A stretch of 25,089 nt of DNA, from NCBI GenBank assembly GCA_039818205.1, contig JBCBUK010000027.1, positions 1 through 25,089 on the forward strand, given 5' to 3'. This document shows, in pieces, positions 1 to 8,602 of this stretch (positions are counted from its first letter, which is position 1; each line of letters begins with the position of its first letter). A program made the position numbers and the translations under genes. A model generated the notes under the pieces. It was not told the origin of the DNA. It saw only the letters and a program-made list of their open reading frames with translations, and did no database searches. Source of the DNA: Verrucomicrobiota bacterium. Its GTDB lineage: Bacteria; Verrucomicrobiota; Verrucomicrobiia; Opitutales; Cerasicoccaceae.

Positions 1-448
1 TCACCTTCAGATACGTAAAATCGGTCTGCCAGAGCTGGTTGGGCGCCGTGGTTTTCTCCCGGAACTCATCGGCGGCTTTCATTACGATGAAGGCCGGGCT
101 GGTGATGAGGTCGCAGGTCCTCAGAAGCCTGTAAACACTGGCTTCCGAGACGAAGTAACGACGTTCGTCAGTGAACTTGATGGCCAGCTCTCTGGGGGAC
201 AATTCAGGCTCGTCGAGCGCCATTTCGAGCACCTGCTCGCGTACGGAATTCGGGATGCGGTTCCACACGCGGCCTGAGCCGCCGCGCCGGTCTTCCAGTG
301 CCGCTTCGCCGAACCTGCGATACAGATCGTACCAGCGATAGAAGGTTGGACGCGACACGCCGATCTGTTCCAGCGTCCTTTTCACCGGCTGGTGCGATTG
401 CTCGACCAGTCGGATGATTTCGAGCTTCTCGGAGGCGGGATATCTCAT
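1..448 (-). CDS. IS3-family transposase OrfB, N-terminal part (truncated by window edge; not in ORF track)
   Basis: My translation from ATG 448: MRYPASEKLEIIRLVEQSHQPVKRTLEQIGVSRPTFYRWYDLY...TTAPNQLWQTDFTYLKV. WQTDFTY holds the first Asp of the DDE/rve core. Start overlaps the orfA stop (ATGA). Confidence 0.9.
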   Translation of the reverse strand, partial: MRYPASEKLEIIRLVEQSHQPVKRTLEQIGVSRPTFYRWYDLYRRFGEAALEDRRGGSGRVWNRIPNSVREQVLEMALDEPELSPRELAIKFTDERRYFVSEASVYRLLRTCDLITSPAFIVMKAADEFREKTTAPNQLWQTDFTYLKV

Positions 449-816
449 TCGATATCCTCCCCATCCCCGATCACGCTTTTTTTCAGAATGCGGTTTTCCA
501 GCGTCAGGTCAGCCACGACTTCCTTCAGGTCGCGCATTTCACGCTTCAAACCCGTCACCTCGCCGGGTATCGCCTGGCGCTCCGTGTCACCTGAAAGCCG
601 CTTCTTGCCGGCCTCCAGGAACTCCTTCGACCACGTGTAGTAGAGCCCCTGCGCGATACCCTCACGCCGACACAGTTCGGCGATCGAATACTCCCCACGC
701 AAGCCTTCCAGCACACTGCGGATCTTCTCCTCGGCCGAGAATTTGCGCCGGGTCTTGCGGCGAATGTCTTTCACGTGTTTTTCGGCCGATCCTTCCGGCC
801 CGGATTTCTGTCTCAT
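445..816 (-). CDS. IS3-family transposase OrfA (HTH)
   Basis: RRKFSAEEKIR...SIAELCRREGIAQGLYYTWSKEF HTH followed by a leucine-zipper-like LKREMRDLKEVVADLTLENRILKK. Confidence 0.92.
   Translation of the reverse strand: MRQKSGPEGSAEKHVKDIRRKTRRKFSAEEKIRSVLEGLRGEYSIAELCRREGIAQGLYYTWSKEFLEAGKKRLSGDTERQAIPGEVTGLKREMRDLKEVVADLTLENRILKKSVIGDGEDIE
476..483 (-). other. Programmed -1 frameshift motif A7G between orfA and orfB
   Basis: Minus strand reads ATTCTG-AAAAAAAG-CGTG at the 3' end of orfA, the standard IS3-family A_AAA_AAG site. Confidence 0.8.
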
Positions 817-952
817 CTTCGCTCCCTTGGCGGGCTACGATGTGCCAGAAAGCCTCCTTAAGCAATTTCGCCGAGTTGTCTCATGGTTGCTGACGGGGAA
901 CACTTCGAACAACACTTTGCATCCAAACCTTCTGATCGAGTAGCCATCTAGG

Positions 953-1978
953 TGTGAGTTCTGAGGAGGTTGTTCATCCGGATTGAAAGCCTGAAGGTGT
1001 TTGCGACCAAACATTCACCGGAAGGTTTCAAGGATGAACAACCCGCACAAGAATGCCCGAACGACGCCTCTGGGTCGAGCGGAGATGATCCGCCGGATCG
1101 TTGAAGAAGGACGTCCGTTTAAAATAGTTGCGGCAGAGTTTGGCCTGAGCGAGCGGCGAGCCCGGGAATGGCTGAAGCGGTACCGGAGGCTTGGAGTTGC
1201 AGGTCTGGAGAACCGGTCTTCCAGGCCGCACACCGTCGCCAACAAGACGATGGCGCATCACCTTCACGGCATTGAACGGTTGCGACGGGAGTACCGTCTG
1301 ACAGGAGCGGAGATCGGCGAGAAACTGGATCTTGCCCGCTCCACGGTTGCCGGATGGTTGGCCCGCCTTGGTCTTGGCCGTCTTGCCAGCCTCGACCCCA
1401 AGCCGCCCGTGCGGCGTTACCAGCGGCAAAACCCTGGCGAACTATTGCACCTGGATATCAAGAAACTCGGGCGGTTCGAGCGCACCGGCCACCGGATCAC
1501 AGGCTCTCGCAAGGGACGCAGTCAGGGAGCGGGATGGGACTATCTGCATGTCGCCATCGATGATGCCACCCGGCTTGCTTATGTCGAGGTCCTGCCCGAC
1601 GAAACCCGCCGCTCCACCACCGGCTTTTTGATCCGGGCGCTACGCTGGTTCAAGGCGCGGGGCGTCAAGGTTGAACGGGTCATGACCGACAACGGCTCCG
1701 GCTACATTGCCAGACTGTTCCGCAAAACGCTCAACCGCCTTGCCATCCGTCACATCAGAACGCGGCCCTACACGCCCAAAACCAACGGCAAGGCAGAGCG
1801 TTTTATCCAGACAATGCTGCGGGAATGGGCCTATGCCATTCCGTTCAAATCGTCCCTGACACGCGAGGCCGACCTGCCAAGATGGCTTGACTGGTACAAT
1901 GCCAAGCGGCCACACATGGGTATCAAAGGCAAAACGCCACTTCAGGCCCTAAACGGAACAACCTGATCAGAAACCACA
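953..1978 (+). mobile_element. IS481-family insertion sequence, complete
   Basis: IRL TGTGAGTTCTGAGGAGGTTGTTC (from 953) and IRR reverse complement TGTGGTTTCTGATCAGGTTGTTC (ends 1978). Flanked by the 6-bp direct repeat TCTAGG (947-952 and 1979-1984), matching the IS481 NCTAGN target. Confidence 0.95.
1034..1966 (+). CDS. IS481-family transposase
   Basis: MNNPHKNARTTP N-terminus, HLDIKKLGR, VAIDDATR, VMTDNG and TNGKAERF DDE motifs. ATG 1034 preferred over TTG 1001. Confidence 0.95.
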   Translation: MNNPHKNARTTPLGRAEMIRRIVEEGRPFKIVAAEFGLSERRAREWLKRYRRLGVAGLENRSSRPHTVANKTMAHHLHGIERLRREYRLTGAEIGEKLDLARSTVAGWLARLGLGRLASLDPKPPVRRYQRQNPGELLHLDIKKLGRFERTGHRITGSRKGRSQGAGWDYLHVAIDDATRLAYVEVLPDETRRSTTGFLIRALRWFKARGVKVERVMTDNGSGYIARLFRKTLNRLAIRHIRTRPYTPKTNGKAERFIQTMLREWAYAIPFKSSLTREADLPRWLDWYNAKRPHMGIKGKTPLQALNGTT

Positions 1979-2043
1979 TCTAGGCCTGCGATCCATTCAG
2001 AATCCGAGCTGAGCTTAGCGTCACAAATAGGAAGAAAGCTGTC

Positions 2044-2059
2044 TGTTAGCGCTCTAACA
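2044..2059. promoter_or_regulatory. Crp-family-type palindrome TGTTA-N6-TAACA (copy 1)
   Basis: TGTTA-GCGCTC-TAACA downstream of the Crp/Fnr gene; same half-sites and spacing as at 2850 and 5976. Confidence 0.65.
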
Positions 2060-2163
2060 GAAACGTGATTAATTTAATCAAGAGTACATTTTCAATTCGT
2101 CGCGGCGAACAAATTTGATCAGTGTGTCGCTATTAAAACCGAAAAGTTTGCATGAAACAGCGC

Positions 2164-2787
2164 TCAAATGAGCGCCGCCGCCTTCAACAATTCCACACTA
2201 GGAATAACGATCTTGCCGTCATGCATCAATATGAGTCCCTGCTGCCGCAGTTTATTGATCGCAATGTTAACACTTGGCCTTGAGGCTGAAATGAGACTGG
2301 CCAGGTTGTCTTGCGTCAAATTTAATTCGATCATAACTCCCGCTGCGCTATTGCTGGCCCTAAATCTCTCCGCGAGCAAAACGAGTTGTCTAGCCAAACG
2401 CGCTTCGACACTTCGGAAGGCCAAATCTTCGATCTTGAGCTGATACTGTTCAAAGTATTTGTAAATCTGCTGCATGATGCAATGCAGATTCTTTGGATCA
2501 GAACCTGCCTCACGGAGTAGCTCATCGATCGACAAAAGCGCAACTTTTGTCGTGTCCATAAACTCGATTCCAACACCCTTAGTGCAAAGGCAGAGAAATG
2601 TAGGTTTTGCACTTCCCTTCATCAGCGTCAAAGTGATTTCGCGTCCATCTTCCGTCATTAAGAAGACGCGAGCCATTCCACTTCGAATGAAGCAAAAAGT
2701 AGCCCCCTCCCCGCCCGGATCCAGAAGAATGCTACCTTTTTCCCAACGTGAGGTCACGATCTTTGATTTTGTGTTAAGTACTGTCAT
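2164..2787 (-). CDS. Crp/Fnr family transcriptional regulator
   Basis: cNMP-like beta-barrel (FIRSGMARVFLMTEDGREITL), long C-helix (LAFRSVEARLARQL) and HTH LTQDNLASLISASRPSVNIAINKLRQQGLI. Confidence 0.93.
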   Translation of the reverse strand: MTVLNTKSKIVTSRWEKGSILLDPGGEGATFCFIRSGMARVFLMTEDGREITLTLMKGSAKPTFLCLCTKGVGIEFMDTTKVALLSIDELLREAGSDPKNLHCIMQQIYKYFEQYQLKIEDLAFRSVEARLARQLVLLAERFRASNSAAGVMIELNLTQDNLASLISASRPSVNIAINKLRQQGLILMHDGKIVIPSVELLKAAALI

Positions 2788-2849
2788 TTATACCCAAATT
2801 CAGCTCAGTGATTCTGCGTATCTCCTTCGAAGCATTGGTTCGCGAGACC

Positions 2850-2865
2850 TGTTAGCCTACTAACA
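2850..2865. promoter_or_regulatory. Crp-family-type palindrome TGTTA-N6-TAACA (copy 2, upstream of the regulator gene)
   Basis: TGTTA-GCCTAC-TAACA in the gadB-regulator intergenic region. Confidence 0.68.
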
Positions 2866-2925
2866 CGTAAACAACTTATCCGGGCGTGACGCCGAACAAA
2901 CGAACGACGCCACACACGCCAAAGG

Positions 2926-4326
2926 TTACCGGCCTGAATGATCGTGAACTGTTGCAGATTCAGATGTAAGTGATTTCTGCGGACCATGTTCTGTTAGATG
3001 TTCAATTGCTCTTTGCATGTCTTCAATGAGCAATGCCGCCATGTCTCTACCAAAGCCGTGTCGGACGAGTATCCTTTGAATCACCAGGTCTTCTCGATTG
3101 GCAGGCATCGAATAAGCAGGAACCAACCAGCCTCTCGTTCTCAAACGATCGGCCAGATCATAGAGACTATACGGCACCTGAACGCCATCTTTCAGCTTCC
3201 AGCAAAGTGCAGGTATGCCGCCTTTTCCATCGTAGAGAATCTCGAACGGACCAATTTTTTCAATCGCGACCGCCAAAGCTTGCGCAGTTTCGTAACAGGC
3301 GGTTTGGATCTTTCGGTAACCCTCGCGGCCAAGGCGCAGAAAATTGTAGTACTGACAAATAATCTCGCCGCCCGGGCGGGAGAAATTCAGAGCAAATGTC
3401 GGCATATTGCCGCCGAGATAATTTACGTTGAATACAAGGTCGTCCGGTAGGTGCGCTTTGTCCCTCCAAACTACCCAGCCCACTCCTAATGGCGAAAGTC
3501 CAAACTTATGACCTGATGTGTTAATTGAAACAACGCGGGGCAAACGGAAATCCCAAAGCAGTTCCGGATCGCAAAATGGCGCGAGAAACCCACCGCTTGC
3601 AGCATCCACATGGATAGGAATATCCAGTCCTGTCTCTTCCTGAAGTTTGTCTAGTGCAGCAGAGACATCGGCGACTGGCTCGTACTGGCCAGTGAACGTA
3701 ACGCCAAGCGTTGGAACGACCCCGATGGTGTTTTCATCACAACGCTTGATAACCTCTTCCGGTGTCATAATCAGGCGATCGCCTTCCATCGGTATTTCGC
3801 GGATTTCGACATCCCAATATCGGCAGAATTTGTGCCAGCAAATTTGAACCGGTCCCATGATCAGGTTGGGTTTGTCTGTGGGCTTGCCTTCCGCTTTTCG
3901 TTTGGCTCTCCAGGCCCATTTCATCGCGAGTCCACCCAACATGGCAGCTTCACTTGAGCCTGTCGTGGAACATCCTGTCGTATGAGCCGCATCGGGGGCG
4001 TTCCACAAGTCAGCAACCATATGCACGCAGCGCTCCTCAATGGCTGCGGTCTGAGGATATTCGTCCTTGTCGATCATATTCTTGTCGGCTGTCTCAGCCA
4101 TGAGATCGCGCACTTCCGGCTCAAGCCACGTTGTGCAGAACGTTGCCAAGTTCTGACGCGAGTTTCCGTCGAGCATAAGCTCGTCGTGAACCGCATTATA
4201 GATATGAGATGCTTCCCGTTCCTTGGTTGGGAACTTGTATTTCGGGAGTTCTCTCTCCAAATCGGCTGAACCGTAAATGTCGTCAAGAAGGTCGTTGTGG
4301 GTGTTCGATTTCGTATGAAGTGCCAT
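2926..4326 (-). CDS. gadB: Glutamate decarboxylase (PLP-dependent)
   Basis: [52 protein letters not shown] and [11 protein letters not shown] (PLP lysine). ATG 4326 is preceded by a GAGG RBS. Confidence 0.97.
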   Translation of the reverse strand: MALHTKSNTHNDLLDDIYGSADLERELPKYKFPTKEREASHIYNAVHDELMLDGNSRQNLATFCTTWLEPEVRDLMAETADKNMIDKDEYPQTAAIEERCVHMVADLWNAPDAAHTTGCSTTGSSEAAMLGGLAMKWAWRAKRKAEGKPTDKPNLIMGPVQICWHKFCRYWDVEIREIPMEGDRLIMTPEEVIKRCDENTIGVVPTLGVTFTGQYEPVADVSAALDKLQEETGLDIPIHVDAASGGFLAPFCDPELLWDFRLPRVVSINTSGHKFGLSPLGVGWVVWRDKAHLPDDLVFNVNYLGGNMPTFALNFSRPGGEIICQYYNFLRLGREGYRKIQTACYETAQALAVAIEKIGPFEILYDGKGGIPALCWKLKDGVQVPYSLYDLADRLRTRGWLVPAYSMPANREDLVIQRILVRHGFGRDMAALLIEDMQRAIEHLTEHGPQKSLTSESATVHDHSGR

Positions 4327-4352
4327 CTTTAACCTCAATAATTGTCCGAATA

Positions 4353-4374
4353 GGTGCCACGAACGCGTGGCACC
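4353..4374. other. Intergenic stem-loop between gadC and gadB
   Basis: GGTGCCACG-AACG-CGTGGCACC, a perfect 9-bp stem with no strong U-tract; may act in mRNA stability or attenuation. Confidence 0.5.
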
Positions 4375-4406
4375 AAATTGTTTTGGTCATTTGGAAGATT
4401 GGAGAG

Positions 4407-5888
4407 TTACTCGCCTCCACTCGCCGAATTGGTCGCGCTCCAGGTGGCCGCAGATTTCCAATCTGGCTTCTTGAATGCGTTGAGAATGAGCGGGGCTGCG
4501 ATAAAGAAGACCAGACCGCCCCCAACAAGGGTCACATAGGTTGTTGGGTTTCCAACCGGCAATTGAGACGGAGGGAAGAAGCCGACGACAAATGCAAACA
4601 ATACGGCAAGAAAGCCAACCCCTGCGATTAGCCACATTCCGAACATTCCACCCGGGATCTTGTAGCTGCGAGGCAGATCGGGCTGAGTGATCCGTAGACG
4701 AATAGCTGCTGCGTACATCATCATGTACATCACCAGGTAGAGCGTAGCTGTCATGGCCGACAAAACGAAAAACGCAACACTCACGTTTTTGAAGACCAGA
4801 TAAATTATCGCAAGCGCTGTTACGACTGCCCCTTGAACGATGAGGATCGAAACCTGCACCCCATGTTCATTCGTCTTCGCAAGAATGGGCGGGATTTCGC
4901 CTTCTTCAGCGGTTTGCAACAGTCCGCGACTTGGCCCCCCAATCCATGCCATCACGCCTCCGATTGCGCCAAAGGCGACGAACAGCCCTACTATTGGTGT
5001 TAGCCACTTGATGCCGAATTTATCGAGAAGGTTCTCGAACGCCTGCATGATGCCGGCGGTCAGACTGATCTCTTTCGCAGGAACAACCGCGGCAACCGCC
5101 AAAGCCCCAAGGGTAAACAGGGCGAAGATGATGATCATCGCCAGGAACATTGATTTTGGATAACCCGTTGATGGGTTTTCAAGGCTGTTCGCGTGGACTG
5201 ACTGAACCTCGACACCCGCAAACAATAGAATTATTCCGGCAAGAAATGCGAGACTGCTAAGTCCGGTTATATGCGGAAAGAAACGCGCGTGGGCAAGGTC
5301 CTTGGCTACATCGCCAGACGCATCGCTGGCCCCGCCGAGGAACGCAATGTCGTTACCTTGAAGAACCCAGGCTGCACCAAGTGCAATGATCAAAGCGCCA
5401 GGCAGCATGGTCCCCAGCAGCATGAACCATTTGGTCATTTTGGCCGCGAAATCAGCCCCTCTCAGGGTCATGTATGTCGCAGCCCAGTAAACGATCAGGA
5501 TGATCGCGGCGTTGTACCAACCGGCATTTGCGAGTTCGGGCTTTAGGAAGAGGTACGCCAATGCACCAGCTGCAAAGGCAAGCACCGTCGGGTACCAAAC
5601 AACATTTTGGATCCACTGCAACCAAATCGCTACAAATCCCCAGCGAGATCCAAAAGCTGCCTTTACCCAGGAATAAACACCACCTTTGCTATCGGCAAAG
5701 GCACCGCCCAGTTCCGCCGACACAAGAGAAGCTGGGAGCAGAAAGAGTACGGTACAAAAGCCAATATAAAACAGCATCGAAAGGCCTTCGGCCGCCATCA
5801 TTGGCAAGCCACGAAGACTGACAACTGCTGCCACTGTCATTAAAGCGAGCGTCGCAACACTCAATTTTGCCCTAGATTGAGTACTCAT
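4407..5888 (-). CDS. gadC: Glutamate/GABA antiporter (APC family)
   Basis: Highly hydrophobic multi-TM APC protein (VVSLRGLP, LVSAELG, GGVYSWV, FAGVEV, WIGGPSRGL) directly upstream of gadB. Confidence 0.9.
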   Translation of the reverse strand: MSTQSRAKLSVATLALMTVAAVVSLRGLPMMAAEGLSMLFYIGFCTVLFLLPASLVSAELGGAFADSKGGVYSWVKAAFGSRWGFVAIWLQWIQNVVWYPTVLAFAAGALAYLFLKPELANAGWYNAAIILIVYWAATYMTLRGADFAAKMTKWFMLLGTMLPGALIIALGAAWVLQGNDIAFLGGASDASGDVAKDLAHARFFPHITGLSSLAFLAGIILLFAGVEVQSVHANSLENPSTGYPKSMFLAMIIIFALFTLGALAVAAVVPAKEISLTAGIMQAFENLLDKFGIKWLTPIVGLFVAFGAIGGVMAWIGGPSRGLLQTAEEGEIPPILAKTNEHGVQVSILIVQGAVVTALAIIYLVFKNVSVAFFVLSAMTATLYLVMYMMMYAAAIRLRITQPDLPRSYKIPGGMFGMWLIAGVGFLAVLFAFVVGFFPPSQLPVGNPTTYVTLVGGGLVFFIAAPLILNAFKKPDWKSAATWSATNSASGGE

Positions 5889-5948
5889 AAAAATGCCCCT
5901 TAAAAGTCATCAAGAGGCAGTTTCCTAAGCCGTGCTGCCCCGCATTGG

Positions 5949-5991
5949 AAAATATGCCAATGGAAAACGGATTGCTGTTAAGCAGCTAACA
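5949..5991 (-). promoter_or_regulatory. Putative class II Crp-type promoter of gadC-gadB with TGTTA-N6-TAACA site (copy 3)
   Basis: TGTTA-AGCAGC-TAACA at 5976-5991. Minus-strand -10-like TATTTT at 5954-5949 puts the palindrome centre at about -41.5. Confidence 0.65.
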
Positions 5992-6120
5992 CAACGCAAA
6001 ATTGATTTCATTTAAGCACTGCTCGGATGTGTTCGCTGCAACAACAATGGGATAATCCAAGAAGACCAAAAGTCGACTTCAAAAGTCATATGCCGCATGG
6101 CACAAAAACGCCGGTGGATT

Positions 6121-8454
6121 TTAGCGCCGACCTGATCTCAGCGTCGGGGCCGTGGTGAGCTTCGACTTGGATTTGAACTTTCTGGAAGACCGCCGGCCTC
6201 CTGCGTTTCGACCCGGAGCATCAACGTTTTCGATGTGGCCACAATTATCCGACGCATCAGGTTTCCAACTGTCACAAGCCAGGAAGGGATTGCCAGTTTT
6301 CTTTGAGTGGCGAAGCCTCAGCTTTCCGTTGCCGCATTTGGGACAATCGGTGCCCTCTTTCGGGTGTGAGGCGACGGCATGTCTAGCGCCGGCTGATGAT
6401 CCCGTTGCGCTACCGTCATCAGGCCATTCCGAATGCGAACAGAAGTTCGGGTTGTACTTGCTCCAGTTGTCGCAGCCCAGGAACAGCTTGCCGGATTTCC
6501 TTGCTTTGCGAGTTCGCATGGTGCCTACACCGCATTCGGGGCAGGTCTTGCCGTCGCCGTCCAGGGTCTTCATGCCCTCGCCGACCTTCACGCCGCCTTT
6601 TTCGCGTGCTTCGGTAACAGTCCGGCGCAACGTGTCAGCAAGATCAGACATGAAGGCGTCCATGCTTTCATCGCCGGCCGCGATCTTGGACAATCTGCTT
6701 TCCCAGAGGGCTGTGAGTTCGACGGACGTGTAAGATGGTGCGGTTCCGTTGACCGCGTCGATCACGTCACGGCCTTTCGGGGTCGAGCGAATATACTGCG
6801 CTTTCCCCTTGCCGCGCTCTTTTCGAAGCGAGCTGTCACGAAGAAGCTCCTCAAGAAGCCCGGCCCGTGTTGCCTCGGTGCCGATGCCGCCCACCTCCCG
6901 GAGACGGCGTTTGATTTCAGGATCCTTCACGAACTTGGCAGCCGAGGCCATTGCCTCGATCAGGGTGCCGTCCGTGTATGGCGACGGCGGGGTGGTCCGC
7001 TTCGACTTCACTTCGTTTTCAGTGACATCAACACGATCCCGTGCATTCATTTCCGGTATCGAGCTTTCAGCCTCGTCATCGCGCTCTACGCCACGTAGGA
7101 TGGTCCATCCTGCTTCCAGCGGCACCCTACCTGTGGCCTTGAAATTCTGGTCTTCTACGCGGACGAATACCACTGTAGCGAGCCATTTCTGATCTGGGAG
7201 GAACAATCCGAGGAACGATTTCGCGATAATATCGAACAGGCGTTTCTCGTCGTCGGTCAGGAGATCGAGATCCGCGGCATTGAAGCGGGTCGGGATAATT
7301 GCGTGGTGGTCAGACACCTTCTTGTCGTTCCAGGCGGATGAACGCTGGCGTGGCTCCACCTTCTCCATGTAGCTGGAGTACGATCCAACCGAAGCTAAAG
7401 TGTCCAAAATGATCTTTGCTTCGTCCGTATGAATGGCGGTCGGCAGATATCGGCAATCGGTACGGGGATAAGTGGCGAGTTTTTTCTCGTACAAGGACTG
7501 TGCGACATCCAGCGTTCTTTGGGCGCTGAACCCGAACCGTCGGGACATCTCGGTCTGAAGAGCCGACAAGTTAAATGGTAGCGGTGCCGCTTTCGACTTT
7601 CGCTGTGAATCCGTCGAAACAATCTGGCCTTCCTTGCCCTTAATCCGCTCGGCAACGTCAGCAGCCACTTTGCGATCAAGGAGCCGTCCATCGGGATCCA
7701 ACTCAAGATCCTGCGGGAACTGCCACTCAGCAGTGAAGCTCCCATTCAGGTGCTGGAAGGTCGCGGCCAAGCCATAATGGTCGGTTGCCCTGAAATTTTC
7801 GATTTCACGATCACGGGTGACAACAAGTCCGAGCGTCGGCGTTTTCACACGCCCAACCCGAACGGTTTCGTTGCCGCCCGCCTGCTGTGACAAAAGCGTG
7901 AAAAGACGGGTCATGTTAATCCCGTGCAGCCAGTCAGCATGTGATCTGGTGGTCGCGGCGGCCGACAGAGCTTTTCGCTCCGCATTCGGCTTGATGCCTG
8001 CAATTGCCCGGTCGACATCCTGATCGGCATATGAAGACAGCCAAAGCCTTTGAACCTTGGAGCTAAACGGGTCGATACCGGATTCCCTGATCACGTTGTC
8101 TATGATTAGCTGACCCTCGCGCGCCGCATCGCCGGCGTTGACAACGCTTCGTGCCGACTTGAGCAACCCTTTGATCGTCCGGATCTGAGCCGGGATCCCG
8201 CTCCCCTTCCGTGGAAACGAAATGAATGACTGCGGGATCAATGGAAGAGGCTTCAGGCTCCAGGTCTTCCAGGAGGAATCGTAATCATGAGCCTGCGCCA
8301 ACTCGAACAGATGTCCGCGAGCGAATGTCACGGCGTTGTCGCCGACCTTGAAGTAGCCGTCGTTACGCTGAACCGAGCTCCGGCTGGTTCTAGCGAGCGC
8401 GTCGGCAATGGTTTTGGCGGCGGACGGTTTTTCTGCGATCCAGACTGTCGTCAT
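6121..8454 (-). CDS. topB: DNA topoisomerase III (type IA, plasmid TraE/TopB-like) with two C-terminal Zn ribbons
   Basis: WIAEKPS, GDAAREGQ, GRVKTPTL, catalytic TYPRTD, GIGTEATRA; CPEC...C...C and CPKC...C...C ribbons. ATG 8454 has a GGAG RBS. Confidence 0.95.
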   Translation of the reverse strand: MTTVWIAEKPSAAKTIADALARTSRSSVQRNDGYFKVGDNAVTFARGHLFELAQAHDYDSSWKTWSLKPLPLIPQSFISFPRKGSGIPAQIRTIKGLLKSARSVVNAGDAAREGQLIIDNVIRESGIDPFSSKVQRLWLSSYADQDVDRAIAGIKPNAERKALSAAATTRSHADWLHGINMTRLFTLLSQQAGGNETVRVGRVKTPTLGLVVTRDREIENFRATDHYGLAATFQHLNGSFTAEWQFPQDLELDPDGRLLDRKVAADVAERIKGKEGQIVSTDSQRKSKAAPLPFNLSALQTEMSRRFGFSAQRTLDVAQSLYEKKLATYPRTDCRYLPTAIHTDEAKIILDTLASVGSYSSYMEKVEPRQRSSAWNDKKVSDHHAIIPTRFNAADLDLLTDDEKRLFDIIAKSFLGLFLPDQKWLATVVFVRVEDQNFKATGRVPLEAGWTILRGVERDDEAESSIPEMNARDRVDVTENEVKSKRTTPPSPYTDGTLIEAMASAAKFVKDPEIKRRLREVGGIGTEATRAGLLEELLRDSSLRKERGKGKAQYIRSTPKGRDVIDAVNGTAPSYTSVELTALWESRLSKIAAGDESMDAFMSDLADTLRRTVTEAREKGGVKVGEGMKTLDGDGKTCPECGVGTMRTRKARKSGKLFLGCDNWSKYNPNFCSHSEWPDDGSATGSSAGARHAVASHPKEGTDCPKCGNGKLRLRHSKKTGNPFLACDSWKPDASDNCGHIENVDAPGRNAGGRRSSRKFKSKSKLTTAPTLRSGRR

Positions 8455-8549
8455 TTGTAATCGTACTCCGGGAAATTGATCTCGGATCGATAATGGCGAC
8501 GGCGTATGCAAACGTCTCGAAATCAACCGGTGCAACTCCCGGACCATTG

Positions 8550-8573
8550 AAAAAGGCGATCCGAAGACCGCCT
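8550..8573 (-). terminator. Intrinsic terminator between the secreted-protein gene and topB
   Basis: Minus strand GGCGGTC-TTCG-GATCGCC-TTTTT: UUCG tetraloop stem with a U-tract. Confidence 0.75.
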
Positions 8574-8602
8574 CTCAAATAACCCGATTAAGCGTTTCGT
8601 TT

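Larger units (their letters stand above)
1..902 (-). mobile_element. IS3-family insertion sequence, partial (left end at 902, runs off the window)
   Basis: Minus strand begins TGTTCCCCGTCAGCAACCATGAGACAA at 902 (5'-TG end typical of IS3), followed by orfA/orfB with an A7G slippery site. The second end is outside the window. Confidence 0.88.

Noticed and set aside
4402..4415. GAGAGTTACTC similar to the leader motif
   Set aside because: It overlaps the gadC stop codon in a different module and lacks the flanking conserved parts; probably chance.
6002..6015. FNR box TTGAT-N4-ATCAA upstream of gadC
   Set aside because: Only one half-site matches (TTGAT-TTCA-TTTAA); the thrice-repeated TGTTA-N6-TAACA is much better supported.
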